Of a stretch of DNA of 64,000 nucleotides, positions 7,725 to 19,800 are shown one piece after another. Both the position numbers and the translations under genes were made by a program. Location of the stretch: positions 1 to 64,000 of IMG/VR virus record IMGVR_UViG_3300020469_000014; one strand, written 5' to 3'. The DNA is from an uncultured virus (IMG/VR IMGVR_UViG_3300020469_000014). Lineage: Duplodnaviria; Heunggongvirae; Uroviricota; Caudoviricetes. Under the pieces are notes generated by a model. That model did not search any database. It saw only the letters and a list, made by a program, of their open reading frames with translations, and was not told the DNA's origin. The stretch's first letter is position 1, and each line of letters starts with the position of its first letter.

Positions 7725-10700
7725 TAGATAGATGCAATAGTTCTTAGATCACGAATCTTGGGAACAAAAGCGAAGTTAGTTCCTGACATGATAATTTTAA
7801 TTTGGAATCCATTGAACTGTGGAAGATTCTTCACGTTAAATTCATACTCTTTGTAGTCATCTTCTGTCTGAGATGCAAGGATTCTTCTATCGGGTTTACC
7901 GTTATTTTTTGCCTGATCTATCACATTTCCATTGGAATCCAAGTTTTCAAAGCCTGGGAATAGTTCAAACAACTGATACTCAGGTGGAGCATCGATTCTG
8001 AATATCCTGTATAGAACTCTGATGTCATTTGTTGAATGTTTGTACGCATCAAACATAACCTTCAATCCATCAGCTGACTTCTCAAGATTCACAACCTTAG
8101 ATAAGTAAACTGCGGCACTAGGATCATTATTAAGTGAATTGACTCTTCTATCAGTTGCATAATTATCAATCTTAGAGTTGAGTCTATCCATGATTGTGAT
8201 CATGTTAACTCTATCTAAGTCAATCATAGGACTGACTTTAGAATCATCTGTAGATAGATTTGCTTGTAATGTAAATGACTTTCTGCCTGGGAAGTCAGTA
8301 AGTTTTGCAAGTTCGTTATTCTTAGATGCAACAATTCTAGGAGTAGATAATACGTTATTACTCTGTAGTGAAACAGACTCGTAACCTTGATCCACAAATG
8401 ATTTCAAGTTGCCATCGGGACTATTTCCAGAGAATGTTCGGATCTTAGCATCGATATCAGTTCCTTCTGGTAAGAGAGTTGCAACATTAGGTCTGACAAT
8501 ATTAAATGCAATGTTCTGTGTTGCCATAGGTCCATCAAAGTTACCGACCTGTACATACTGTTGGTCGTAACTACCACCAGACTTATTCTCTTTAAAGAAT
8601 AGTTCTGGGAATCCGTTTGCATTTCCAGTTGCTCTATCCACACCTCTACTTGAGAGACCAACCTTAATCCAGTAATGATCAACGTCAATAGGATACTTGG
8701 TATTGTCAGTAGGAATGAAACTATGAGATGTGTTTACTCTTCTAAGAGAGACACCATTCAATTCATACTTGTAAATCTTATCATTGATGTTGTAATCACC
8801 AGCCTTACTATCATCAATAGATCTAGTGATGTTATTAAGAGTTGAGGTTGTAGTTGTTACACCAGTGTATTTGATAATCTCATTTCCGACCTTAACATAG
8901 CCTGGGTTAGAACTGTTGACTTCAATGTTCTCAAATGACGTGAAGATTCCAACAGCAGTGACAGTCATATCTTCTGTACTTGAAGAATTAACGGTAGATG
9001 TCAATTTCTCTGGTTTTACATCTGCTTCAACACCACTCAAGATTACATTGTCTTCTTGTGAGTACATACCATGATTGGAATGTCTAACACGGAAGTGTAA
9101 TCCATCAGTTACATTTTGTAAGTATTGGATAGAACCACCATTTACAACACTGGTTCCACTGCCGCCAACATATACGATAGCAGATGAGGAGTCAACTTTA
9201 GGTATACCTTGAATATTATCAAGAACTAAAGTATTGAACGCACTAATTACACCAACGTTATTTGGAATTGATAATCTCAAGTCTTTTCCGAATCCACCAG
9301 TATTTGTGGCAGACACAGTAAGAACATCACCAGCAGAGTATCCTGTTCCACCAATGGCAACCGTTGCAGCAACAGCAACTCTGTTATCGACTGTCAAGTT
9401 GACAGTTGCACCAGTTCCTTTACCAAATTGTGAAACGACAGGCACATTAGAGTAAACAACAGGTGTAGCAGAAAATCCACTACCACCACTTGTAATTGTT
9501 AGATCACTACCAACACCGATTGCACCAAGAACTTTGTTTAGATTTGCACTAAAGTTTGGATTTGCCTGTTGGTAAATTGTAGTTCCTTCTGTCAATCCAG
9601 CCTGTTCTGAAGCAGTTAAACTCTTACCTAAACCAATCACTGCATTGTATGAAAGCATATCAATAGGGTTGTTAGCAAGAGAAACAATCTGTCTGTTTCC
9701 TACTTCAAGATCTGGATTATAGAAGTTGACTCTACCCGATGTTGAAGTGAAGTTTGCTCTGAATAGATTGAACTTAAGATCTTCTAACTGACTTGGATCC
9801 CATGTAGCACCGTTCTGTGATTTGAACAATGAACCAAGTAGAGGTTGTTGGGAAACAATAATTTTTTCAGAGTCATCAGCATTGAGCGTAGTTATGTCTT
9901 CCTCACCCATCCTAGAGATGAATACAAAATATTCATTAGATGCAGATAGAAGAACAATTGCAAACTCTCCTCCACCTTCACAATACACAGGTGCAGGGAA
10001 GGTAAATGTTGTTGCTTTAGATCCATCCTCAGAGATAACAACTTCATCGGGATCAAGAATAGACTCACCAAATGGTAAAATCTCTTGAGTGGGCAAACCA
10101 GTTTGAAGTGTTCTTACTTGTAAGGTAACAGGTAGTTGATTCGTATCTTTTGCTCGGAAGTAAACTTCGCATTTAGTGAGGAATACACCGTTAACATCAG
10201 GAACTTCAAACGATTGTGCAAGAGGGTCAACCCATCTAGTCTGAGATGTAGATCTGTTTTTGAAGGTATTCTTAACGACAAGTCTACTACTTGTACTACT
10301 AAGAGTTCTATCGGATGATTGAGGTATTCTCTGAACATCTGCATTTCTCATTCTGAGAGTAGATGCCTCTACAGTTTGAAGTGTACCAGATGATGTGAAG
10401 TTTGCTTCACCAGAACTATCTGTGAATCCAGAGATAGTAGAGTTAGTAAGACTTGAAGATAATGTAAATGTCTTTGTACCAGTGTTAAATGAAGGTGCAG
10501 AAGGAACTGTAGGATCAGGTAAGAACAACGATCCAAGTAATGCTCCTGCCTTATCAGTAATCAATCTGATTGAATTTACACTTGCGATAGCACCACTAGA
10601 TTGTCCAATCAACTTCATACCAGTAGTGATGTATCCATAGAAACCAGACGCAGCTTGAAGTTCTAAGGATGCAGTATCAACGTTTAATAATGTTGTGGTA

Positions 10701-13700
10701 GAAGAGTATGTAGATGAAATACTAGAAGCAGGGTCATATGGATTCTGTTTGTAAACCTGTGAAGGATTGTTGTAAGGACCATATTTGTGGTTCTGATTTG
10801 CAAGTCTAAACCTAATTGCATCGTTGTTAGTATTAGGACGACTTCCCTCAATAACTTCGCCAGCACCAAATGTACCACTTATCATTGTAATTTCGATAAG
10901 TTTAGGTATGACATACTTCTGCATGTCGATACTATCGAAGAATGGATATAATCTTGTGTTTGGTTTAAGTCTTCTACAGATAAACTCAATGTTTCTTGAT
11001 CGCATTGTAGCAAGCACTTCTGTGTTTACAACCTTGTCACCAAGACTTGTAGTATCAAATCTTTCACCAACACGGAACTGAATACCTTGTCTTGTTTGAT
11101 TTGTAGTAGTTGTGGTTGTCCTTTCTTTAAATTTTGTAATTGTATCTCTAAAGTTTGTAGTTGTAGTGACGGGAATACCACGACCTCTTCTGAATTTACC
11201 TCTTCTTCTTTTTTTGCCAGTTTTCTTAGACTTCTTAGACCTGAAAAGAGTAGGTCCAGTTGATGAACTTTGTCCAGTCCATGTTGTTTCCCATGAACCC
11301 CAATCAACAGGTGATAGTCCAGTATTACTATCCGCACCAGTGATTCCCATTGTAGAATTGAAACTACCTTCAATATCGTAGGTAGCAGCAGTTCTTCTAG
11401 TTTCAATCCATGTATCAGTGCCTGGATTTAATTCAACCTGACCAATCCAGTTAACAACAGCAAATGGGTTTACATTCTCGATACGAGTTGCAAATTTGTT
11501 CTCCAAGAAAACTGTGTCACTGTAATTTAAACATACAACGTCACCGATTCTCTTGACGTTTGAATCTCCAAGATCTTCAACAAACCTATAGTCAGCAGTA
11601 GGATTAGAAGATGTTGCAGCACCAACAATCGCCTCTGATCCAAGTAGTAAGTCAATAGATGTTGTATAGTGTTGAGGTCTTAATCTTCCCTCTGCCGCAT
11701 CAACAGATGCCTTGTATGCTGAGTTACCTACATCACCACCAGTTACAGATTTAAAGTTATCAACAAAGAATCCTGATTTGAATCTATCAAGATTTGTTTG
11801 TGGATCACGAAGAGACATGTTTGTAGTCTCAACTTCTAGGAGTGAAAGTGAAGTATAGTATTCAATATTTTTAATTCTGTTCTCAATACTTGCGATATCC
11901 TTCATTTGGAATCGCTTGTGTCTAGCAATAGTGATTTCTGCTTCTGCTGGATCGTAAAGATATGGAGGAAGTTCAATAGTTGCAACTTCTAAAGCATTAT
12001 CAATGGTGTTTGGAAGTTTTGGCAACTCAGATGGAACACCTTGAGATAGAGTGAAGAAACCCTCTTTACTTAAGAATAACTTATCAATTCTTCCAAGATA
12101 ATATTCGTAAGATAAATTCAATGATTTATCTTTGGCAAGAACATGAGAAGAAGACGATGTGCCTGGATTAAACTGTCTAGCGTCAAACTCCCAAGGAGCC
12201 TTACCAGCAACAGTAGATACAACTCTAGGTCTTAAATCAATAATATCAGAAATTGGAGTTGTTCCAATAAAAGGTAGTGCGCCTTTGTAATACTTTTTCT
12301 CGTAAGAGTTTACAGTTACAAAGTCGCCTGGATCTGAAGCATCAATAACAAAGTTGTTATAGACAATAGTAATTCTTCTAGTAGGTGCTTCCGTACCAGA
12401 TTTCTTTACAAGTGCAGAGAAGTCAACATAGTCCAATCTTTGGCCTGGATCGAACTCATAGTTATTCTTGATGTCTCTGTCGCCTGGAATAAAGGTCTGA
12501 ACTACACCAGAAACTTTAGTTTCTTCAAATACGATCTCTTCACCAATCTCAAAAGCGTTTTCGTTTTGAGATACAAAACTTACTTCATTAGATCCATTAG
12601 TTGTAACAAATACGGCAGATGCACCAGATGTCTTACCAACAATATTCTCACCAACTACAGCATTGAGAATATTGGAGTTTAGATTAGTAAGTTGTAAGAT
12701 TGGGAACTGAGGATCAGAAGCTGATGAAGATTCTAATACAGCAAGAACTTCTGCAACATCACAAACTCCAAGAGAAATTCTTTCATCTTGAACTCTATTA
12801 CCAAATGTTGTGTCATAAGTAAGACCATCATTTAACTTCATTAATCCAGTGCCTGACTGGGTTTTTGAGGAGTTGGTTAAAGTATATGTTGTTGCTCTCT
12901 TGAATACCTTTGATTTTGGTTTGACATTTACTTTCTTCCAAGTTACGGTCAATACAGCAGGACCAGAAGCATTGTCTAATCCAGATAAAGTAGCAGTTCT
13001 ACCACTAACTGTAAGTTTTTGATCTGTTAATGATTCAACTTTACCCGTTGTTTTAAATGTGAGGTTGTAGTCCTCTTCATCGAATGGTTCGAGAGTCAAA
13101 TCAGCATCAGTTTCTAGAGTTCCACTGAAAGCATTACTTGAAACTGTAACGTTATAAGATTTCTTGAATATGATGTCTGCACCATTCAAGTCAACAGATG
13201 CAATATTAGGTTTGCTTAGTTCACTGAATAAAAATGCACTAGAGTTGTTTTGAACTTCTAAAGTGACCTTAAATAGATCATTTGCAGATACAGCTGACGT
13301 AGGTAGTGTACCAGAACATACGTTCTCAACATCTGTAGTCGCTTCAAGACTGATAGCAACAGCAGTTGCAGCAGTAACTCTGCTGAATGTAGGAACGGAG
13401 TTGCCTGAAATACTATACTGAATAATATCTCCAGTCTTAATACCAGAGTTTACAAAACTGGCACTAGGAGATGTGATTGTAGATGCAGCACCAGACTTTG
13501 CACTAACAGTAAACTGTGTTGCAACTGGAGCAATCAAATGACCTAATCCCAAAACAGGATCAGCTGTGAATGGATAGTTTGTAGGATCGTTACTAACAAG
13601 TTGTTTGATATCCTCCACACCATAGTCTTCTACTTCAGTAACACTTCTATTTGCAGTAAAACCATTGAAGAATAATTCTTCACCAACTTGGAATTGTCCG

Positions 13701-15241
13701 TTTACTTGATATAAAGTTAATTGTGTCGAATTACTTGAAGAAGTATATGCGTATCCTATAGCGTTACTATTTTGACCTGTAACATAGGTTGGGCATTGTA
13801 CGCTTGTCCCAGTATTTAATTGTAGGTATGTGAATGTCTGAATGTCATATAGAGATGTCTCAAACACGGTAGAAGAGTCTGCATATCCAACATTCTTCAA
13901 CTTCATGTCATAAACTCTAGCAACACCTATCTGTTCACCATTTGATGTACCAACAGTAGAAGTTCTTTCATTGAATAGTTTTACATAAGAACTTGTACTG
14001 ATACCAATTAGAGGAGAACCATAAACGTTGTTTACTTCAATTTGTCTACCAACACTAAACGGTAAAGACTCATTGATAATCCTTGCAGTATCTCTTGGTT
14101 TAGGAACATCAACAGTAGTTGTGTTGAGTGTTTCAATCTCATATCCTTTGACGTATGCCTTGCCAGGTCCGATAGACAAGCACATTAAATCCTCAGTAGG
14201 AACATTACCCTGCTGAGTTAATTGGTTTGGATAAAATGCACCATCATTTCCTACTCTGTCATTAAGACACTCCTTAGCTGCGAGAGGGAATGGGTTCACA
14301 TAGTAGTGACCAGATTCATCATATGTTCTTCTTGCAAGTTCGTCACGAAGCAAGTTGTAGTTATCAGCGCCAGGTTTTACGAATTTTTGTAGAACGCCAT
14401 CTACAACTCTCATCAATTCTACGAAATTCTCATCATTCAAATCTGTGAGAGACTTCTTGATTAAGGTTGTTGATAGTTTGAATCTATCTGCACCAGGCGC
14501 TGCAAAGTTTGAGAAACCTCTTGCATTGTCATACAAGTCGTTATCTGATGCAGATGCAGTTACAAGTTCTTCCTTGATTAAAAGACCAATTCTATATGAT
14601 GGTTGATTGCTATATTGGTCTAAGACTACTGTAGCATCACCAACGGTAACAAAGAAACCTCTGAGGAAATAGACACCTTGGGCAATCTTTGCTGCAGCAC
14701 CTGTAGCAACTGCATTTGATATAAGTGTTGTTGCAAAACTAGCTCCCTGTCTGATACTAGACAGAGAATAATTCATATCCTCTTCTAATATAAGATTTTC
14801 ACCATCCGCAAAAGTTTTTCTTGAAAAATCAGTATCACTAGAACTGTTATACTTGATATAAAGAGTATATGATCCTTTGACTGACGTTCTATTTGTAATA
14901 TATGTTTCTACTTTAGCGGTAACACCACTAGTCTCACCTTTAATTTTTTTACCTACCAAGTTGTCTAGGTAGACAGAAACAGGGATACCTAAGTGACTGT
15001 CATCGATCTGAACACAAGTGTATTCGTTATCGTATGCAATCTGGCCTGGTATAACAACAGAACCTTCTTTGAAGAAGTGCTTACCAAATTTTTCAACCTG
15101 ATTCTGTAGAATAGATTGAAGTGTTGTGAGTTCCCTAGACTGTACAGGTAAGCCTGGTTTGAATAGTACCCTTTGATAATTTTTTAAATCATTAAAATCA
15201 TCGAAGTATGGAGATGAATTTAAGTTGGTATTTTGTGGCAT
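7724..15241 (-). CDS. VrlC-like / DUF4815 large virion structural protein (2505 aa)
   Basis: N-terminus TNLN.SPYFDDF....NY.RVLFKPG.PVQSRELTTLQSILQNQ; APGADR, RFKSGFFVDNF, DPLAQSF motifs; position next to gp8. Confidence 0.9.
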   Translation of the reverse strand: MPQNTNLNSSPYFDDFNDLKNYQRVLFKPGLPVQSRELTTLQSILQNQVEKFGKHFFKEGSVVIPGQIAYDNEYTCVQIDDSHLGIPVSVYLDNLVGKKIKGETSGVTAKVETYITNRTSVKGSYTLYIKYNSSSDTDFSRKTFADGENLILEEDMNYSLSSIRQGASFATTLISNAVATGAAAKIAQGVYFLRGFFVTVGDATVVLDQYSNQPSYRIGLLIKEELVTASASDNDLYDNARGFSNFAAPGADRFKLSTTLIKKSLTDLNDENFVELMRVVDGVLQKFVKPGADNYNLLRDELARRTYDESGHYYVNPFPLAAKECLNDRVGNDGAFYPNQLTQQGNVPTEDLMCLSIGPGKAYVKGYEIETLNTTTVDVPKPRDTARIINESLPFSVGRQIEVNNVYGSPLIGISTSSYVKLFNERTSTVGTSNGEQIGVARVYDMKLKNVGYADSSTVFETSLYDIQTFTYLQLNTGTSVQCPTYVTGQNSNAIGYAYTSSSNSTQLTLYQVNGQFQVGEELFFNGFTANRSVTEVEDYGVEDIKQLVSNDPTNYPFTADPVLGLGHLIAPVATQFTVSAKSGAASTITSPSASFVNSGIKTGDIIQYSISGNSVPTFSRVTAATAVAISLEATTDVENVCSGTLPTSAVSANDLFKVTLEVQNNSSAFLFSELSKPNIASVDLNGADIIFKKSYNVTVSSNAFSGTLETDADLTLEPFDEEDYNLTFKTTGKVESLTDQKLTVSGRTATLSGLDNASGPAVLTVTWKKVNVKPKSKVFKRATTYTLTNSSKTQSGTGLMKLNDGLTYDTTFGNRVQDERISLGVCDVAEVLAVLESSSASDPQFPILQLTNLNSNILNAVVGENIVGKTSGASAVFVTTNGSNEVSFVSQNENAFEIGEEIVFEETKVSGVVQTFIPGDRDIKNNYEFDPGQRLDYVDFSALVKKSGTEAPTRRITIVYNNFVIDASDPGDFVTVNSYEKKYYKGALPFIGTTPISDIIDLRPRVVSTVAGKAPWEFDARQFNPGTSSSSHVLAKDKSLNLSYEYYLGRIDKLFLSKEGFFTLSQGVPSELPKLPNTIDNALEVATIELPPYLYDPAEAEITIARHKRFQMKDIASIENRIKNIEYYTSLSLLEVETTNMSLRDPQTNLDRFKSGFFVDNFKSVTGGDVGNSAYKASVDAAEGRLRPQHYTTSIDLLLGSEAIVGAATSSNPTADYRFVEDLGDSNVKRIGDVVCLNYSDTVFLENKFATRIENVNPFAVVNWIGQVELNPGTDTWIETRRTAATYDIEGSFNSTMGITGADSNTGLSPVDWGSWETTWTGQSSSTGPTLFRSKKSKKTGKKRRRGKFRRGRGIPVTTTTNFRDTITKFKERTTTTTTNQTRQGIQFRVGERFDTTSLGDKVVNTEVLATMRSRNIEFICRRLKPNTRLYPFFDSIDMQKYVIPKLIEITMISGTFGAGEVIEGSRPNTNNDAIRFRLANQNHKYGPYNNPSQVYKQNPYDPASSISSTYSSTTTLLNVDTASLELQAASGFYGYITTGMKLIGQSSGAIASVNSIRLITDKAGALLGSLFLPDPTVPSAPSFNTGTKTFTLSSSLTNSTISGFTDSSGEANFTSSGTLQTVEASTLRMRNADVQRIPQSSDRTLSSTSSRLVVKNTFKNRSTSQTRWVDPLAQSFEVPDVNGVFLTKCEVYFRAKDTNQLPVTLQVRTLQTGLPTQEILPFGESILDPDEVVISEDGSKATTFTFPAPVYCEGGGEFAIVLLSASNEYFVFISRMGEEDITTLNADDSEKIIVSQQPLLGSLFKSQNGATWDPSQLEDLKFNLFRANFTSTSGRVNFYNPDLEVGNRQIVSLANNPIDMLSYNAVIGLGKSLTASEQAGLTEGTTIYQQANPNFSANLNKVLGAIGVGSDLTITSGGSGFSATPVVYSNVPVVSQFGKGTGATVNLTVDNRVAVAATVAIGGTGYSAGDVLTVSATNTGGFGKDLRLSIPNNVGVISAFNTLVLDNIQGIPKVDSSSAIVYVGGSGTSVVNGGSIQYLQNVTDGLHFRVRHSNHGMYSQEDNVILSGVEADVKPEKLTSTVNSSSTEDMTVTAVGIFTSFENIEVNSSNPGYVKVGNEIIKYTGVTTTTSTLNNITRSIDDSKAGDYNINDKIYKYELNGVSLRRVNTSHSFIPTDNTKYPIDVDHYWIKVGLSSRGVDRATGNANGFPELFFKENKSGGSYDQQYVQVGNFDGPMATQNIAFNIVRPNVATLLPEGTDIDAKIRTFSGNSPDGNLKSFVDQGYESVSLQSNNVLSTPRIVASKNNELAKLTDFPGRKSFTLQANLSTDDSKVSPMIDLDRVNMITIMDRLNSKIDNYATDRRVNSLNNDPSAAVYLSKVVNLEKSADGLKVMFDAYKHSTNDIRVLYRIFRIDAPPEYQLFELFPGFENLDSNGNVIDQAKNNGKPDRRILASQTEDDYKEYEFNVKNLPQFNGFQIKIIMSGTNFAFVPKIRDLRTIASI

Positions 15242-15247
15242 TTGTCT

Positions 15248-16843
15248 TTAGAACTCCAGTACTATCTTGATGTCTTCCTTCTGACTTGCAGATCTAGGAA
15301 TCGCAGTCCGATTATCAATATAGATAATTTCACCTGATTTGGTATTGAATTCCGCTGATGAAATACCAGAAGTAAAACTCATACCTAATTGGTAGGTCTT
15401 ATTATTTATTGAGGTACTGACACCGTTATATGAGGTGTCAACAGACAACAACGAACCGTTTACTGATGATCCATTAATCGTTACACCGTACCCTGTATCA
15501 GGAATAGAAGTAAATGGAACAATCTTGTATCCAGTTTCACTAGAAGCAAGACCCATTGGTTGATAATACTTCAACACTCCAGTAACTTTATCCCAAGAAG
15601 CAACATATCCAATCGCAGTAGAACCAACACCAACCGTCTGTGTGATTTCAGAGTCAACAGCATAGGTTGTTGCAGTAGTCATACCACCAAGTTTCAAAGC
15701 TTTTAATCCACTCACCATTGCAGTGTCTAGCAATTCTGTGCTACTGCCAAATACGGTGGGATTCTTTATTAGTCCAACCCTAGCAAAATCATTACCCTCA
15801 ATGATATCGGGGTTAGTTTCTAGAGTTTCAAATCTAGAATAGAGTAGTGCTCTGTACGCACCAAGTTCCCTGTAGATGTCATGTCCATGACCACCCTTCG
15901 GAGGAATGATGACACTAAAGTCTGCTACCGATGTCGTTCCGATACCTGTATTGGTAAGGTTAGCAAGTACTCCGCCAGACTGACTGCCTGGAGCGCCTGG
16001 GAAAAACTGGATGGATCCATGAGTGTATCCTTCTCCTCCATCAGTAACAAATACTTCAGATACTTTTCCGAAAGAGTCAATCGTAATAGTAGCCTTTCCT
16101 CCTGCCCCATCTCCCAGAATGGGAACATTTGCAAAGGATGTTGAGATCGGTTGGTAGTTAGAACCTCTATTATCAACCACAACCACTTCAATCTTTCCAT
16201 CTATAGAATTAGCTTTTGTTGCGACAGTCTCGCCTTGTTTGCCCCAGTCTTCGGGCACTGGTATGTATTCAATAGAGTCAAATTTAACAATTTCACTAGG
16301 TTTAATTGTGTAAAGATATTTCCAAACATAACCATCGCCACTAGTGCCAGCTGCTCTTGGCTCAAGGTCAACAAATGTGGGTTGGTCATATGAAGGCCTA
16401 CCCTTCGGGTTCTCTGGGTCTGATCCATTTTGTAGACAGATGTAAACTTTCAGGTCTTCGTTCACTATGTAGTAATTTGCATCGTACAGACTACCTTGAC
16501 TAGTAATAGGTGTCAGATTATAGATGTTATAATCATGTCTATACATTTCATATGTAGTACCCGCCACCCATGAAACTTTTCTGACAAGTCTGCGAACATC
16601 TTTATCAGTCACCTTTTTCATCGCAATGATAGATTCTTTGATGGAATACTCTTCCTCAAATCCATCCAACGGTGCTGGCGTATTTGTAGCCCATGTGGCA
16701 GTACCGCCCGCCTTCGATTCAACGGAATTGGGTAATCCCATGAACGCATAATATTTGTTAACAGTAGATCCTACTCCAACAAAACTTTTTACAAAAGTCT
16801 CGGCGTTCAGAATCCTAAACTGTTCGGATATAATAGCAGGCAT
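15248..16843 (-). CDS. gp8: Baseplate wedge subunit gp8
   Basis: W..GTTYEMYRHDY, VYICLQNG, DGYVWKYLYTI, SGEIIYIDNR..I.RS..QKEDIKIVLEF; late promoter CTAAATA at 16868-16874. Confidence 0.92.
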   Translation of the reverse strand: MPAIISEQFRILNAETFVKSFVGVGSTVNKYYAFMGLPNSVESKAGGTATWATNTPAPLDGFEEEYSIKESIIAMKKVTDKDVRRLVRKVSWVAGTTYEMYRHDYNIYNLTPITSQGSLYDANYYIVNEDLKVYICLQNGSDPENPKGRPSYDQPTFVDLEPRAAGTSGDGYVWKYLYTIKPSEIVKFDSIEYIPVPEDWGKQGETVATKANSIDGKIEVVVVDNRGSNYQPISTSFANVPILGDGAGGKATITIDSFGKVSEVFVTDGGEGYTHGSIQFFPGAPGSQSGGVLANLTNTGIGTTSVADFSVIIPPKGGHGHDIYRELGAYRALLYSRFETLETNPDIIEGNDFARVGLIKNPTVFGSSTELLDTAMVSGLKALKLGGMTTATTYAVDSEITQTVGVGSTAIGYVASWDKVTGVLKYYQPMGLASSETGYKIVPFTSIPDTGYGVTINGSSVNGSLLSVDTSYNGVSTSINNKTYQLGMSFTSGISSAEFNTKSGEIIYIDNRTAIPRSASQKEDIKIVLEF

Positions 16844-16877
16844 TTTAAAAAAACTAGTCTTTAGGTCTATTTAGTGG

Positions 16878-19800
16878 TTAAGTTAGTGGTTTCTTTCTGG
16901 AGACCACCGCAGCAGTGGATAATCCAACATTTCCATTCATAGGATTGACAAGGAAACTTGTAGGATTACCAGCACCACGATTCTGATATCCAAGTAATTT
17001 ACCCCAACTATATTTACCCCAGAAAGTATCAGTAGTTGCCGTTGTGCCAACACCAACTTGAATTGTATTATTTCCGTAAGGGGTAGGACCTGGTTGGAAA
17101 GCACATGTAACTGTGACCAAACCAGAGATCGCATCACCTGTTGTGATCTGTTCAACTCTGAACACACCACCAAGATAATCACCAGAAGTTACCATACCGA
17201 CAGGTTGATTTGCACCACTTGAGGTTGTTATACCAGTCAATGCGTGGCCAACAACTAATGAACTATCGTAGATAGTAAAGAAGTCTCCCTTCTCAAGTCC
17301 ACTGAAGTTAACTCCAAGAGAGTTGAGTGAGGAATATCCATAACCCAAATTAGTATTATCATTGAACTGAGACTTAAGAGTAAAAGCCAATCTTGGTAAT
17401 ACACTTGCAGAACCTGGCAACCATGTATTTATTCCTACAATGTCGCCAAAATCACCTTCCGCATCAACAGAGAATAAATCTTCTCTCTTAGTTGCATCTG
17501 ACTGTACAATAACTGGAGGACTACTTCCTACTCTGTAACCGAATCCACCATCAGTAATGTTGATAGATGTAATTACACCAGCGGTTACGGATGCAGTTGC
17601 AGTTGCTCTATTGATAACTGGGTCTGCATAGAAGTTTGTAGTTCCAGAACCAACAACGATAACTCTTGTACTTGCAAAATCACCATAAGGTGTTTGAACA
17701 AGATCACGAATTTCATTAGGTTGAGTAACAACTCTCTTGTTCCAGTTTGCAAGGTCAAAGGAATAATAAAGATCACCAACTGTGGAAATACCAACATAGA
17801 AGTTATCAAAGAACTTAATCTTAGCAAAGTCAAAGGTAGCAGGGTGAACTGTTCCAGCAGGCAACTGTTGACTCCAAGGTTGCCAGAAGTTCTTATCGGT
17901 TGAAATACCAATAGTACCATTGTCACCTACAACGATGAATTTATTACCATCATAGATGATGTCATTTAAGTCAAAGACAGTATTACTTGTCTTATCTCCC
18001 CATCCTGTTCCATCATTAGATGCAAGAATTACACCACCATTACCAACGGCAACATATTCTGACTGTCCATAACAAACCGCATTTAGATTTTGTAATGTTC
18101 CTGAGAATTGACTGAACGCATCTGCGGTTGTAAGACCAACTGCACTAAAGATAGATCCAGCAGCACCAACAGCAACCCATGTGTTTCTACTTCCTTCCCA
18201 GATAACATCATTGAAATGTCCTGTGTAGGTACTGTCTAGTGTTTGAACTTGACCAATAGCAGGTATTTGTCTCTGTTCTAGTAGATTGATAGGAGTCCAT
18301 GAACCGATACTGTTACCGATTGAAACTCCTCTTGCCATAGATGCAAACTCACCCACAGCCATAACATTTACATTACCAGTTGCACTGTTACCAACAGACA
18401 CACCATTGAATGTGATAGTTCCACCAAATCCAATTCTACCTCTCTCCCAGAATGTTCCACTCTTAGTGTTCATGTAGTAACTACTTGCACCAACAGCGAC
18501 ATATGGATCTTCTTTGGTGATCGATTTAAACTCAATAGATGATGTAATACCAGTAATCGAATCAAACTCCCAAGCAAAGATAGGATCTTTACGTTCAATC
18601 AATGCACTGGAAATTGCAACGGTTGGATTTGAGATTTTATATCCAGTTCCTTCATCAACTATATTTAAAGAAGATATACTAGATGATGTAGAAACAATAG
18701 ATGTAACAACGCCTGGAGAGATCTCACTATCCTCAAAGATTTGAACATCTCTCTCAGATTGAACTAACAAATCAATCGCATTGAATACAGGGAAAGCATT
18801 GTTGACATAAATTTTGTCATCCAACTCCCCAACGTTCTTAATAATTCTAGTTGTAGGAAGAACCTTACTCTTCAAGCCTGGTCTTGCTTTCGAGATTAGA
18901 ACACCAGAGAGAATTTGATCTTGTCTTTGCTTCTCCCAAGAAAGTGGTCTTTCTGCAGCGGTGTTAGTGTCAATACCGATACTATCGTAAGAGAATGTTT
19001 CAAGAACATCGGAAGCAACGATTCTCTTACCTGTTCTCGCAAACTGATCAATGTCAGCAGGGTTGAGTTTGTTCTCTTTGATTTGAACAATATCACCAGC
19101 CTTAACAGATGAAACTGGTTCAACAGTTTCAACGTCTCTCGCAGATCCTCTAAAGTAGAATACAGAACATTTAGAATTTGGTTTTGGTGCTTCAGAGAAG
19201 ATGACTCTACTACCCTTAAATGTATAAGAAGACTGTGGAGTCTGTAAAATATCATTGATGTAGATAAAGATATTGTTTGTGATATCCATATCACTACCAG
19301 GCAGAGTCTTAAGACTTAAGATTTCAGTAACACCACTGGTTGTAACAGATAATGTGAACTTTGTACGAGAACCATTGAAGAATGAAGCGATATCATCAAA
19401 CAGAATAAATTGGCCTGGATAGAATCCTGAGAATGTATCATTCTCAAGTTCTTGGACTGTTAATTGGAATTCAGTTAAAACACCAACTCTAGGGTTAGTT
19501 GCAATACCAGAAACAGTTAGAACCTCATCAACTTTGTATGCTGTACCTTCTTCACGAAGCTCAAATTCACCAATGTTTCCGTCTACATTAATACGGAAGT
19601 TAACAACTGCATTTGTTCCGAGTCCAGAATTACCAGAAATGTATTCTAAGTCTCTATTAAAGTATCCAGCTGGTTCTGTAATATCAAGGAATACTGGTTT
19701 GTCAATTCTACCGCCTCTCTTGAAGAGTGCGATTTCAGTTGTAAGTCCAGCATTCACTCTAAACTTACCAGCGTCAATTTTTTCAATGACATCAAATCCA

